A DNA stretch of 64,000 bases, from NCBI GenBank assembly GCA_009914755.4, contig CP068257.2, positions 41,184,001-41,248,000 of the forward strand. Reading direction: 5' to 3'. Shown here one piece after another: positions 1 to 13,000 of the stretch. The DNA is from the human T2T-CHM13v2.0 reference genome, Homo sapiens. A program made the position numbers and the translations under genes. The notes beneath the pieces are model-generated. The model was not told the DNA's origin. It did no database searches and worked only from the letters and a program-made list of their open reading frames with translations. The stretch's first letter is position 1; every line of letters begins with the position of its first letter.

Positions 1-440
1 CTCCCCAACTTCTCCTTTTTCTCCTTTTTTCCTCTTCGCCTTTGTTAGATGCCCAGGCATGCCATAGTACTAGGCGTTATCAGTACCAGCTCCATTCCTT
101 TCCTTATTTGGAAAGAGGACTAACTTTCTAGCTCATTACAGACACCCCTTCCCCTTCCTCTCCACTTTCTTTTATGTGCCTGCCTTATGTAAAAAAAAAT
201 CCAATGTTTAGCCAACCAGGATTAGTTTAGATTGTAGGACCTGACCCCAGCCAATGGGGAAAGGGTACAGGGGCGGGGTAGGACTTGCATCAGGAATAAA
301 GGCTCTTGTGCCCCTTGTTCAGGTGTGCTCTCATGGCCATTGGCCAAGGAGGCACCCCTCTGCGCAGAAGGAAAATTGCTTTGCTAAGAATCCTTTGTTC
401 GAGTGTTCAATTTCCTTAGGATTTTGAGCATTATTCCTAA

Positions 441-910
<470 letters not shown>

Positions 911-1593
911 GGCAGATTTATTTGAGAAAATACGAAGATGCGTTGCAAGGATGTAACAGGCAGCACAGCAGAGAAGGAGCTGTCTGCAAAGAGGCAGGGG
1001 CTGGAGGGAGGTTCTGCAGGTTCGTGCTGCAGGGGCTACGTCCTGAGCGAGGTAGTTGTGCCAGAGGGTTGCCTGTGGTTAGCCACCTCTCAGAGTAATT
1101 CTTCTCCCTCACCTGGGACCTCTTCCTCATTCTTGCTTACTTACCTTATCAGGACTCCACAGACTTGACCCCTTGATCTTTATGCAATATCCCTCTTTAT
1201 CCGTGGTGTCAACCTAAACAGAGAGGGGCTTTCTAAAAGAAGCTGAAGTCTATTTGGGATTGGAGCACTGCTGTGGAAATCCGTGCACCATCATACACTC
1301 TGTGTTACTCAGGGAGGGAACACAGCGAGACGACGGGAAAATGAGGAGGGTCATATCATTGTTTTGAGATAATTATCCTTAGCTACGAAGACCAGTAACA
1401 AAGGTGGCACCAATCCAAGGTTGGGCAGGCAGTCGCTGGGCAGATGTCCTCACAGAAGGACCTTTGATGTGAGGTTGCAATGGCCTTTTTGCAAGGCTGT
1501 GGGTTTTGCATTCTTCTGGGATAGCTGTGCTGTCAGACATTCATGCTCAAGAACCCTCTCTTCCTGGTCTTCTCTGGCTTCTCTGTCTAGGCT

Positions 1594-1881
1594 TTTTTTT
1601 TTTTTCCTTTGTGATGGAGTTTCACTCTTGTTGCCCAGGCTGGAGTGCAATGGTGTGATCTCGGCTCATCGCACCTCCGCCTTCGGGTTCAAGCAATTAT
1701 CCTGCCTCAGCCTCTGGAGTAGCTGAGATTACAGGAATGTACCACCACACCTGGCTAATTCTGTATTTTTAATAGAAACAGGGTTTCTCCATGTTGGTCA
1801 GGCTGGTCTCGAACTCCCGACCTCGGGCACCTCGGCCTTCCAAAGTGCTGGAATTACAGGCGTGAGCCATTGCGCCCGGTC
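1594..1881 (-). mobile_element. Alu SINE (reverse orientation)
   Basis: Poly-T then gagtttcactcttgttgcccaggctggagtgcaatgg ... ggattacaggcgtgagccattgcgcccgg. Confidence 0.9.
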
Positions 1882-2099
1882 ACAAGGTTTTTGGTTTTTG
1901 TTTTTGTTTTTAACACAAGAGATTCCATTTTGATTCTGACAACTTTCACACTGGTAACATTTCTTGCACCAAGCTTTGTTTAATATGAATATTGCGTTCC
2001 AGCTGATTTTATAGTGTGTGTGTGCACAACATATCTTTTCTCATCCTTTTATTTTTAACCTATTGGGAAAGGAAAATAAATCTTGGGGCCCCCAAATCA

Positions 2100-2520
2100 C
2101 TAAGCTAAAGAGAAAAGTCAAGCAGGGTACTGCTTAGGGCCAACCTGCCTCTCATTTTATTCAAAGTCATCCCTCTACTCACTGACACAGATGCATATCT
2201 GAACGCCTCCTTTGGAGAGGCAAGTCAGAATCTCAGAAGAAAACAACCTTTTGTCTCTTATCTATAGGTGGCCTGGAAGCCCCCTCCCCTGGCTTCCAGT
2301 CCTCCTGCTTTTGCTCTGAGTAGTCCCGCCTTTCCAGACCGAACCAATGTTCATCTTGCGTATGTTGATTGATGTCTCATGTCCCCCTAGAATGTATAAA
2401 AACCAAACTGTGCTCTGACCACCTTGGGCACGTGTCGTCAGGACCTCCTGAGTCTGTCACAGGTGCGCATCCTCAACCTTGACAAAATAAAGTTTCTAAA
2501 TTAACTAAGACTTGTCTCAG
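2100..2520 (+). repeat. ERV LTR-like interspersed repeat, family undetermined
   Basis: Its segment ccaaactgtgctctgaccaccttgggcacgtgtcgtcaggacctcctgag recurs inverted at 2850-2945 and again at 16840-16930; an AATAAA lies near the 3' end. Confidence 0.35.
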
Positions 2521-2839
2521 ATTTTCCAGGTTCACACTATCTATGTCTTTATACTTAAAATGAGTTTCTTTTAGATAACATATAGATTAAAAAAATAGCA
2601 TCCATGAACCATGAAACAGGTTATCGTTTTTAAAGGAGAATATTTTAAAGCAAATAAAAATGTTACTATAGTTATTATGATCCATTGACATAAAATATTT
2701 GACATAAGGATTATACAGTAAAGCAGAGACCAGTGCTGTAACACAGAAGATAAAGATTGAAAAAGTAACGAAAACTTTAGATAATGTAGACAAAAAGACT
2801 CAAACTTTGTAAAATATTTTAAGACATTTATTCTGAGCC

Positions 2840-2960
2840 AAATATGAGCGGCTGTGGCCCATGACGCAGCCTTCAGGAGGTCTTGAGAACATGTCCCCAA
2901 GGTGGTCAGGGCACAGCTTGGCTTTATATATTTTAGGGAGGTGTGAGATGTCAATCAAAT
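2840..2960 (-). repeat. Inverted copy of the same LTR-like repeat segment
   Basis: Reverse complement of 2860-2940 aligns to 2390-2465 at about 80% identity. Confidence 0.4.
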
Positions 2961-3061
2961 ATATTTGATAAATAGATTGGTTCAGAGAGGTGGGGCAACT
3001 CAAAGCGGGTGGGAGGGGAGGGTGGGGGGCGGGGCTTCCAGGTGAACGTAAACATTTTCTA

Positions 3062-3433
<372 letters not shown>

Positions 3434-4295
3434 TTAAGATAAAAGATTGTGGAGACCAAGGTTCTTCTGAAGTCTCATAGTAGCTGCCCTTAGAGACAAT
3501 CGATGACAAATGCTTCATATTCAGACTTTTAAAAGGTGCTAGACTCTCGGTTAATCTCTTCAGGATTGGGAGGGCCGGAAAAAAAAATATCTGGCTATGT
3601 GAATAGAGATTCTTTACAGAAGCAGATCTTCCCCCACAAAGGATGGCTTTGCAGGGCATTTCAAAATACGGCAAAGAAACATGTTTTGGGGTTAAATATT
3701 TTGATTTTTTTCCTTGTCTTATAATGTTATGCCAGAGTCAGATTGGAAAGTCAGTAATGATATATACGGTTAAATAAAACCATCTGATGAGAATTTATGG
3801 TTTGCAGGGCATGACTCCCCAGACCCCTTCGATAGGAATTTGGGCAAGATAAAAAATCAGAGCTTAGTCCTCAAAAAGTTTAAGAAAATAGAGTAAGGAG
3901 CTCTAACATGCATTTTATAAAGAGAAAATGGAGAAAATGAAAGAGACAATATTCAAAGGTAAGAGAACTTCCAGGCCAGGTGCAATGGCTCATGTCTGTA
4001 ATCCCAGCACTTTGGGAAGTCAGAGTGTTGTAAGTAAAGTTTCGGTGCCACAAAAGAAATTTTCTTGTAATTCTCAACAAGGCAAGTAACTTCTACAGAA
4101 GGGTGCGCCCTTACAGATGGAGCAATGGTGAGCGCACACCTGGACAAGTGAGGGAAAGGGGTTCCTATTTCTGATGCACATGGTCCCTACTGCTGTGTCG
4201 TTCGCCTATTGGCTAGGGTTAGACTGCACAGGCCAAACTAATTACAACTGGCTAATTTCAAGAGAGTGATGAGGTGAGTGGGTTGGCAAAAAAAA

Positions 4296-4400
4296 CGGTA
4301 ATGAAATGAGTCAGGGTGGAGAATGAATCGGAATGAGTCGGTGGAGTAGGTCATCAGAATGAGTCCAGGTGGAGAATGAGTCAGGGTGGAGCAGGTAATT
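4296..4400. repeat. Imperfect tandem repeat (gaatgagtc / agggtggag units)
   Basis: gtaatgaaatgagtcagggtggagaatgaatcggaatgagtcggtggag...gagtcagggtggag. Confidence 0.6.
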
Positions 4401-4511
4401 GAAAAAGGTTGCTTTACAAGGAAGTTAAGTTAAAAGTAGAAGGCAAACAATTGAACATACTGACATATTAATTCTTTGAAGAGAAATGTAGAATTCATAT
4501 TTAACAAAAGC

Positions 4512-4750
4512 AGGAGGATTGCTTGAGTCCAGGAGTTTAAGACTGGCCTGTGCAACATAGCGAGACCTCATCTCTACTAAAAATTTTAAAAAATTAGCCA
4601 GGCATAGTGGCCTGCACCTGTAGTCCCAGCTGCTAGGAGGGCTGAGGTGGGAGGATCACTTGAGCTCAGGAGGTGGAGCCTGCAGTGCGCCGTGATCGCT
4701 CCACTGGACTGCAGCCTGGGTGACGGTGAGACCCTGTCTCAAAGGAAACA
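4512..4750 (+). mobile_element. Alu SINE, 5'-truncated
   Basis: ggaggattgcttgagtccaggagtttaagac...gcctgggtgacggtgagaccctgtctcaaa. Confidence 0.85.
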
Positions 4751-4981
4751 AAAAAAGGAGAACTTCCAGACTTGGGGTAAAAAACTGTCCATTGGTTGGA
4801 TACTATGTTTTGCTGCTGGTTATAGAAAATGAAAATAAGACTGATTTATCTTGATAGCATGAACATGACAGAGGCTTATTTTTCCTCATGTTGAGAAGAC
4901 TGAAGAGAAGCAAGCATGAGGTCAAATACTAAGCAAACCTCTTGCCAGTCTTGCAGCTCCTCAAGAGCCTGAGAGCCACCT

Positions 4982-5005
4982 CTTTGGTGGTGGTGGTGGT
5001 GGTGG
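4982..5005. repeat. (GGT)n microsatellite
   Basis: ggtggtggtggtggtggtggtg. Confidence 0.9.
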
Positions 5006-5292
<287 letters not shown>

Positions 5293-5422
5293 TCGGAACC
5301 ACCTCTCTGAATCGTCAAGGAAGCTGACACCACCTTGCGGTTTCCTAGAGTTTCCTTTAGACTACGAAATACGGTGAGTTGACCAATTGTACCTTGAAAA
5401 CCTGAAGGCCAGGGGTTGTATC

Positions 5423-5869
5423 TTTCACACGCGTCCGTGTGAAGAGACCACCAAACAGGCTTTGTGTGAGCAACAAGGCTGTTTATTTCACCTGGGTGCA
5501 GGCAGGCTGAGTCCGAAAAGAGAGTCAGTGAAGGGAGATAGGGGTGGGGCCGTTCTATAAGCTTTGGGTAGGTAAAGGAAAAAGGGGGGTTCTCTGGTGG
5601 GCAGGAGTGGGGGGTCACAAGGTGCTCAGTGGGGGAGCTTTCTGAGCCAGGATGAGCCAGGAGAAGGAATTTCACAAGGTAATGTCATCAGTTAAGACAA
5701 GGACTGGCCATTTTCACTTCTTTTGTGGTGGAATGTCATCAGTTAAGGCAGGAACCGGCCATTTAAATATCACTTCTTTTGTGATTCTTCAGTTACTTCA
5801 GGCCATCTGGATGTATACGTGCAGGTCACAGGGGATATGATGGCTTAGCTTGGGCTCAGAGGCCTGACA
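5423..5869 (-). mobile_element. HERV-H 3' LTR (LTR7)
   Basis: Reverse complement begins tgtcaggcctctgagcccaagctaagccatcatatcccctgtgacctgcacgtatacatccagatggcctgaagtaactgaagaatcacaaaagaagtgatatttaaatggcc and ends ...ctcttcacacggacgcgtgtgaaa. Confidence 0.88.
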
Positions 5870-7469
5870 TTCCTGTCTTCTTATATTAATAAGAAAAATA
5901 AAACATAATAGTGTTGAAGTGTTGGGGCGGCGAAAATTTTTGGGGGGTGGTATGGAGAGATAATGGGCGATGTTTCTCAGGGCTGCTTTGAGCGGGATTA
6001 GGGGCGGCGTGGGAACCTAGAGTGGGAGAGATTAAGCTGAAGGAAGATTTTGTGGTAAAGGGTGATATTGTGGGGTTGTTAGAAGAAACATTTGTCGTAT
6101 AGAATTATTGGTGATGGCCTGGATATGGTTTTGTATGATTTGAAAAAAGAACGGAATAAGACAAGGAGAAAAACAGGTATTAAAGGACTAAGAATTGGAA
6201 GGACCCAGGACATCTAACTAGAGAGTGCCCAAGGAGGTTCAGCATAGCCCTGCCAGCGAAGATTATTTATTTACTTTAAGAGGGAGTTAAGAGTGGTGAT
6301 TTAGGGATAGCACCAGTAGATATCAGCTGTGATGGCTTGGAGAAACAGTGTAAACCAGCAGTGTAAACAAGAGCAGGGCATTTATGAGTAGTTGAGAACG
6401 GCGAATAGGAGTATGATTAGACAGAAGATAGTAGGGATGACAAGTTTTGTTTTTCTTGCGGGGGGGAGGGCGCCGCAGTCCAACTTGGTCTGGTGTCTGG
6501 AATGAGACTGGGGCCTAATAAAAAGGAGCGTCTATACAGGAGCTCAAATGGGCTGTACCTTGTGGCATTCTGAGGACAGGCCTGAATTCTGAGAAGGTCA
6601 AGTGGTAAAAGTATTGTCCAGTCCTTTTTAAGTTGGTGGCTGAGCTTGGTGAGGTGTGTTTTTAAAAGACCATTAGTTCACTGAATAAGAGCTTGAGAAA
6701 CTGCTTGGCTGATTTGACTAATAAAGGCTGGTCCGTTATAGGACTGTATAGAGGTGGGAAGGCCAAACCGAGGAATTATGTCTGACAGAAGGGAAGAAAT
6801 GACCGTGGTGGTCTTCTTAGACCCTGTGGGAAAGGCCTCTACCTATCCAGTGAAAGTGTCTACCCAGAACAAGAGGCATTTTAGTTTCCTGACTCGGGGT
6901 ATGTTGAGTAAAGCCAATTTGCCAGCCCTGGGCGGGGGCAAATCCTCACGCTTGATGTGTAGGGAAAGGAGGGGGCCTGAATAATCCCTGAGGAATAGTA
7001 GGATATCAGATGGAACATTGAGAAGTTATTTCCTTGAGGATAGATTTCCACGATGGAAAGGAAATGAGAGGTTCTAAGAGGCGGGCTAGTGGCTTGTACT
7101 ATAGCATAGCCTGCCTTTGCTGGTGTGTGGCAATTAGGCCTGGTGGAAGTGCCATCAATAAATCAAGTGTGATCAGGGTGAGGAACAGGAAAGAAGGAAA
7201 TATGGGGAAATGGGGTGAATGTCAGGTGGATCAGAGAGATACAGTCACGGGGGTCAGGTGTGGTATCAGGAATAATGTGGGAGGCCGGATTAAGTCCAGG
7301 CCAGGAACAATGGTTATTGTGGGAGACTCAACAAAGAGTGAGTACAGCTGAAGGAGCCGGGAAGCAGAAAGTATATGTGTCAGGTGTGAGGAGGAAAACA
7401 GATTTTGGAAGTTATGAGAACTGTAGAGAGTGAGTTGAGCATAGTTTGTGATTTTAAGGGCCTCTAAAA

Positions 7470-8320
7470 GTATTAGTGCGGTGGTGGCCGCCGCATGCAG
7501 ATTTGAGGGCTAGGCAAAACAGTAAGGTCAAGTTGTTTGGATAAAAAGGCTACAGGGCGCAGTTCCGGTTCTCGTGTAAGAATTCTGGCTGCACAGCCCT
7601 GCACTTCGGCTGTGGGTAATGAAAAGGGTTGGGATGAGTCAGGGAGAGCTAGCGTGGGGGCCAACTCTAAAGCTGTCTTCAAGGAATGGAAAGAGGAGTG
7701 GGGAAAGGATTTAGGATCTATGGGCTCAGCTAGGTTTCCTTTTGTGAGTTTATATAATGGTTTTGTTAGGATGGCAAAACCAGGTATCTAAAGTCGAAAG
7801 TATCCAACCATGCCTAGGAAGGAAAGGAGTTGTTGTTTTGTAGAAGGTGTTGGGGTTTGAGAGATCAGTCGGACACGATCGGCAGGGAGAGCACGTGTGT
7901 TTTTATGAGAATTACGCTGAGATAGGTAACAGATGAGGAAGAAATTTGGGCTTGACTGAAGTAATGGGGGCTGGCTGTGAAGCCTTGTGGCAGTACAGCC
8001 CAGGTAATTTGCTGAGCCTGATGGATGTGAGGGTCAGTCCAAGTGAAAGCGAAGAGAGGCTGGGATGAAGGGTGCAAAGGAATAGTAAAGAAAGCATGTT
8101 TGAGATCCAGAACAGAATAATGGGTTGTGGAGGGAGGTATTGAGAATAGGAGAGTATATGGGTTTGGCACCACGGGGTGGATAGGCAAAACAATTTGGTT
8201 GACAAGGCACAGATCCTGAACTAACCTGTAAGCCTTGTCTGGTTTTAGGACAGGTAAAATGGGTGAATTTTAAGGGGAATTTGTAGGCTTTAAAAGCCCA
8301 TGCTGCTGTAACAGGCAAGT
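7470..8320 (-). pseudogene. Degenerate retroviral pol (reverse transcriptase and RNase H start) remnant
   Basis: Minus-strand translation LDLKHAFFTIPLHPSSQPLFAFTW.DP.....QITWAVLPQGFTASPHYF is the gammaretroviral RT core; RPVAFLSKQLD is the RNase H N-terminus; the frame is broken by stops. Confidence 0.8.
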
Positions 8321-10137
8321 GATAACAGGCTTTAATCCTTTTAAAGCATGCTGTGGGATGGGATATTGGCCTTGAGCAGGGTAAGGGTGATTAGGTTTTA
8401 ATGGGATGGTAAGGGGTGCATGATCAGTCTCCAAGGAGGGAGTAGAGGTATCCTATACTTGTGGGTTAAGGTGCGGGGATAGGAGAGGAGGATGTGAAGG
8501 AGGCTTTGAACTGGGGAAAAGGGCAGCAATGAGGTGTGGCTGTAGTCCAGGAACAGTCAGGCAAGCAGATAATTTAAAGTGTCTCGGCCTAATAAGGGAA
8601 CTGGGCAGGTGGGGATAACTAAAAAAGAGTGATAAAAGAGTATTGTCTAAGTTGGCACCAGAGTTTTAAGAGGTTTAGAAGCCTGGCCGTCAATACCCAC
8701 AACAGTTATGGAGGCAAGGGAAACAGGTCCTTGAAAAGAAGGTAATGTGGAGTGGGAGCCTCCGTATTGATTAAGAAGGGGACGGACTTATCTTCCACCG
8801 TGAGAGTTACCCAGATCGTCTGTGATGGTCCTGTAAACTCCCGAGGTGATCGGGCAGCGTCAGTCTTCAGCTGCTAAGCCGAGAAGATCTGGGAAGGAGT
8901 CAGACAGCCTTGGGCCAGAGTTCCAGGCACTCTGGAAGTGGCTGCCAGGTGAGTTGAACAGCCCGATTTTCAGTGGGGTCCTGCACAGATGGGACATGGC
9001 TTAGGAGGAATCCTGGGCTGTGGGCATTCCTTGGCCCAGTGGCCAGATTTCCGGCACTTGTAGCAAGCTCCTGGGGGAGGAGTTTCTGGAGGAACCCCTG
9101 GCAGCTGCGGTTCAGGCATTTGGAGTTCTTGTGTGCTGGAGATGTGGCTGGGGTTTGTCTCACAGTGGAGGCAAGGAATTGCAACTCAGAAATATGTTAC
9201 TACTTAGCTGCCTCTACTCTATTGTACACCTTGAAGGCGAGGTTAATTAAGTCCTGTTGTGGGGTTTGAGGGCCGGAATTTAATTTTTGGAGTTTAATGT
9301 CAGGAGCGGACTGGGTAATAAAATGTATATTGAGACTAAGACAGCCTTTTGACCTTTTAGGGTCTAGGGCTATAAAGCATCTCAGGGTTGCTGCCGAATG
9401 AGCCATGAACTGGGCTGGGTTTTTCATATTTGATGAAAAAGAGCCTAAATGCTAACTGATTTTGGGAGAGGTCGGATAAAGAAAAGGGAGCATTAACCTT
9501 GACTATGCCTTTAGCTCCAGCCACCTTTTTAAGAGGAAATTGCTGGGCAGGTCGGGGAGGGCTAGTCGCAGAATGAAACTGTAAGCCAGACTGGGTGTGA
9601 GGAGGGGAGGTGATAAAAGGATTATGGGGTGGGGGAGCAGAGGCTGAGGAAGAATTGGGACCTGGCTCAGCCTGGCAAGGAGCAGCCTGGGGAGGGGGCG
9701 TGAAGTCAGATGGGTCTGTAGAAAAGGAGAATTAGAAAAACTCAGTGACGCTTGGGATTGGGACTGAGAGGACAGGCGGGAGGGAAAGAAGGAGGATTTG
9801 GGACATGTCACATTGGGAACAGAGGCTAGGGAGGGAACAATGTGTAAAAGAATGCCTGGACGTCAGGCACCTCAGACTGTTTGCCTATTTTACGATAAGA
9901 ATTATCTAGATCTTGTAGGATGGAAAAATCGAAAGTGCTGTTTTCTGGCTATTTGGAACCACTGTTGAGTTTGTATTGGGGTCAAGCGGCATTGCAGAAG
10001 AAAATAAGGCATTTAGGTCAGGTGTGAGTTGAAGAGGTTTTGAGTTCTTGAGAACACAGGCTAAGGGAGAAGGAGGAGGAATGGAGGGTGGAAGGCTGCC
10101 CATAGTGAAGGAGGCAAGCCCAGAGAAAAGAGAGAGT

Positions 10138-10250
10138 AGAGACACGGAGAGAAGGGGTTGAGGGGTTCTTGCCCCCTAGAAAAGCGGAGAAGGGGTAGAG
10201 ACACGGAGAGAAGGGGTCGGGGGGTTCTTGCCCCCCAGAAAAGCAGTACT
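10138..10250. repeat. ~57-bp tandem duplication inside the HERV-H leader/gag region
   Basis: gagacacggagagaaggggttgaggggttcttgccccctagaaaagcggagaagggg repeated twice. Confidence 0.7.
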
Positions 10251-10681
10251 TGCCGCTAAGGGTGAAGGACCAAGGCAGGTGTCCCCGCATGGTCAGACAC
10301 CTCTGAAATGTGGGTGAATAATCAGGCAGGCGTCCCTGTGTGATTAAACACCAAGGGAAGATTGTCTTCCCGAGTCTGTGACTGGCGCCAGAGTTTTGCG
10401 TCCATGGATAAAACACGTCTCCTGTCTCTATGAGAAAAGAAAAGGAACTGAAATTAAGAGAAGGGAGAGATTGAAGTGTGGCACCAAGATTGAAAGGAGA
10501 AAGAGGGTGAAGGATAGTGAGAGAGGTTGGAGAAGAGAGTAAGAAGAGGCCACTTACCTGATTTAAAATTGGTGTGATGTTCCTTGGTCTGGTTGGTCTG
10601 AGGACCTGAGGTCGTAGGTGGATCTTTCTCATGGTGCAAAGAGCAGGAGGATGAGATTGATCTCCCAAGGGAGGTCCCTCA

Positions 10682-10699
10682 GTCCGAGTCATGGCACCA
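10682..10699 (-). promoter_or_regulatory. Primer binding site complementary to the tRNA-His 3' end
   Basis: Minus-strand sequence tggtgccatgactcggac immediately 3' of the 5' LTR; 16 of 18 matches to TGGTGCCGTGACTCGGAT. Confidence 0.8.
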
Positions 10700-10701
10700 A
10701 A

Positions 10702-11150
10702 TTTCACTCGCATCTGTGTGAAGAGTCCACCAAACAGGCTTTGTATGAGCAACAAGGCTGTTTATTTCACCTGGGTGCAGGCAGGCTGAGTCCGAAAAGA
10801 GAGTCAGCCAAGGGAGATAGGGGTGGGGCCATTTTATAAGATTTGGGTAGGTAAAGGAAGAAGGGGGGTTATTCTCTGGCGGGCAGGAGTGGGGGTCACA
10901 AGGTGCTCAATGGGGGAGCTTTTTGAGCCAGGATGAGCCAGGAGAAGGAATTTCACAAGGTAATGTCATCAGTTAAGGCAAGGACTGGCCATTTTCACTT
11001 CTTTTGTGGTGGAATGTCATCAGTTAAGGCAGGAACAGGCAATTTAAATATCACTTCTTTTGTGATTCTTCAGTTACTTCAGGCCATCTGGATGTATACG
11101 TGCAGGTCACAGGGTATATGATGGCTTAGCTTGGGCTCAGAAGCCTGACA
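10702..11150 (-). mobile_element. HERV-H 5' LTR (LTR7)
   Basis: Near-identical copy of 5423-5869; its reverse complement starts with tgtcagg at 11150. Confidence 0.88.
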
Positions 11151-11699
11151 GTATCTAATCCACTTTGCTATACAAAGGCGTGAGATTCCTACTGTCTTTC
11201 CAATCCTTTGAGTGGATTCCTGGGATGCACATTACATTCTCGTTAAATGCTTCTTTGATAATGCAATGGCTTCCTTCCTCTTCTGCTTTGTGGAGAGGTT
11301 TTCTTGGGTTGGGAGGAGGCTTTGTTTCTAATTCTGCTTCCCCAGTACAGTCTTGGCTGGTGGAGCAGCTTTCCCATTTGTCAGCGTTTCAAGTCCTTTT
11401 ATGTTTCTGCGTCAGTTTCCTTAATATGTGGCATTGTGGAAACAAGCAAAGACCACCTGCCTAAGACCAAGCACGCGCCGTGTATTCCGAGCTGGCTCTA
11501 GTGAGGGGGCCACCTCCACCACCTGCCTTTGGCAGAGACTCAGGGAAGGCATGGGGGAAGCTTGGTGATGGACGACAGACCCCGGGGTGCCCGGATGAGG
11601 CCTTTTTCAAAAGGAAGCTGGGCAGGCTCGTGGGAGCGGACATCCTAGGGGTGCATATTTGACTTTCTCTAGTTAGTCCAAAATTGGAAGCAGGGACAA

Positions 11700-13000
11700 A
11701 AATGAGGGAAGCTGACAGTTATTAATCAAATCCTGGGCAGTTTGGACCAATTGTTAGAGGGGTCATTGTTTGGCTTCCCTGACCAGTTACCTGTGGTAAC
11801 AGGCTTACTACAGAGCTGACTTAGAGAGAGAAGGCTGGCTCCCGGGGCTGGTTACAGGGGATCACAGGTTGGTTTCCTGAGCTGGTTGCACAGATTATAA
11901 TTCGGGGTTCTGTTTTTATATGAGGTCTGACCATTGTTCATTTGTATATTCAGTTTCTCAATATTTGCCATCAAGGTGACCTCATGGTCCTAATGTAGCA
12001 GGACGAGCCGCGGACAAAATCCCTCAGACACTGAGATAGTGAAGGGAGTGGCTTTAATCAGCTGGGAGCATGGGCAGGCTAGCGTCTTAAAATCCGAGCT
12101 CCTTGGGTGCTCAACTTCTGTCCCTTTTAAGGGCTCACAACTCTAAGGGGGTCCGCGTGAGAGGGTCGTGATCGATTGAACAAGCCAGGGGGTATGTGAC
12201 AGGGGCTGCGAGCACCGGTGGTCAGAGTGAAACAGAACAGAACGGGAGGTTTCACAATGTCCTTCCATACAATGTCTGGAATCTATAGATAACATCAGTT
12301 GCTAGGTCAGGGGTTGAATTTTAACTACCAGGCTTAGGTCAGGCAGGCCCAGGCCTGGTTTCAGGTCTGGTTCCTAGGCACCGGGCTACCTGCCTTTAGT
12401 TTTGCTTCTCTTTCTTTTTCTGAGTATAAAACAATATAAAACAATATGAGAGGGTCTCTCTCGTCCCTCACTAATGTGGTAGGAGTTATTAAGAAATTAT
12501 TTTAGGCAGATAGGAAAAGTTTTCATTTCTTTTAAAGCAGCTCCAAAAACATTTCTTGTCTAGAAGGATAGCAGGGTGGCAACCTTTGATATGCAAATGG
12601 AGGATATTAGAAACTGGGTCCACCTAACATGGCAGTTCTCACGGTGTCCTCTTGCCCTTGCCCCCACATGTGCCTGGCAACATGACCGCCCCCACAGATC
12701 CCCACGTGTGTAGAACATCATGGCGCTCTGCATTTGCATATTAAAAGGCTAGGGTGGGAGGGTCAGCTTTTTCACAGGCCATGTGAATGACATGCCTGGT
12801 CAAACCAATGACCTGAGCCCTGTGCAAATCAGACGCCACCTCCTACGGTCTCTACATAAAACTGGCTGGTATCCGTGGCACTTGGGGTTTCCTCTTTAGG
12901 CTTTGGAGTCCCCCTCCCTCTGTCTCCGTATGAGGGAGCCTCTTCCTTCTGCCTTTTCTTTCTTGCCTATTAAACTCCCCGCTCTTTATAGCCATTCTAC
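11700..13000. repeat. Probable solo ERV LTR-like repeat, family undetermined
   Basis: Has a TATA-like ctctacataaaactgg, the typical LTR 3' motif gcctattaaactcc, and U3-like sequence; no internal retroviral region. Confidence 0.3.

Larger units (their letters stand above)
5423..11150 (-). mobile_element. HERV-H endogenous retrovirus provirus (LTR7-int-LTR7), about 5.7 kb, internally deleted
   Basis: Two ~447-bp direct repeats match the reverse complement of LTR7; tRNA-His PBS next to the 5' LTR; 5-bp TSD gtatc at 5418-5422 and 11151-11155; RT and RNase H motifs in the interior on the minus strand. Confidence 0.9.

Noticed and set aside
10018-10755. 245-codon minus-strand ORF beginning inside the HERV-H 5' LTR
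   Set aside because: It spans U5, PBS and the leader into degenerate gag with no retroviral Gag motifs. It is most likely a fortuitous open frame in a decayed provirus.
5423-11150. Identity with the 21q22.3 env-derived gene ERVH48-1 (suppressyn)
   Set aside because: This provirus has LTR7 LTRs and a tRNA-His PBS (classic HERV-H) and retains no env-length ORF in the 5870-7470 region. Nothing supports a suppressyn-like coding gene.
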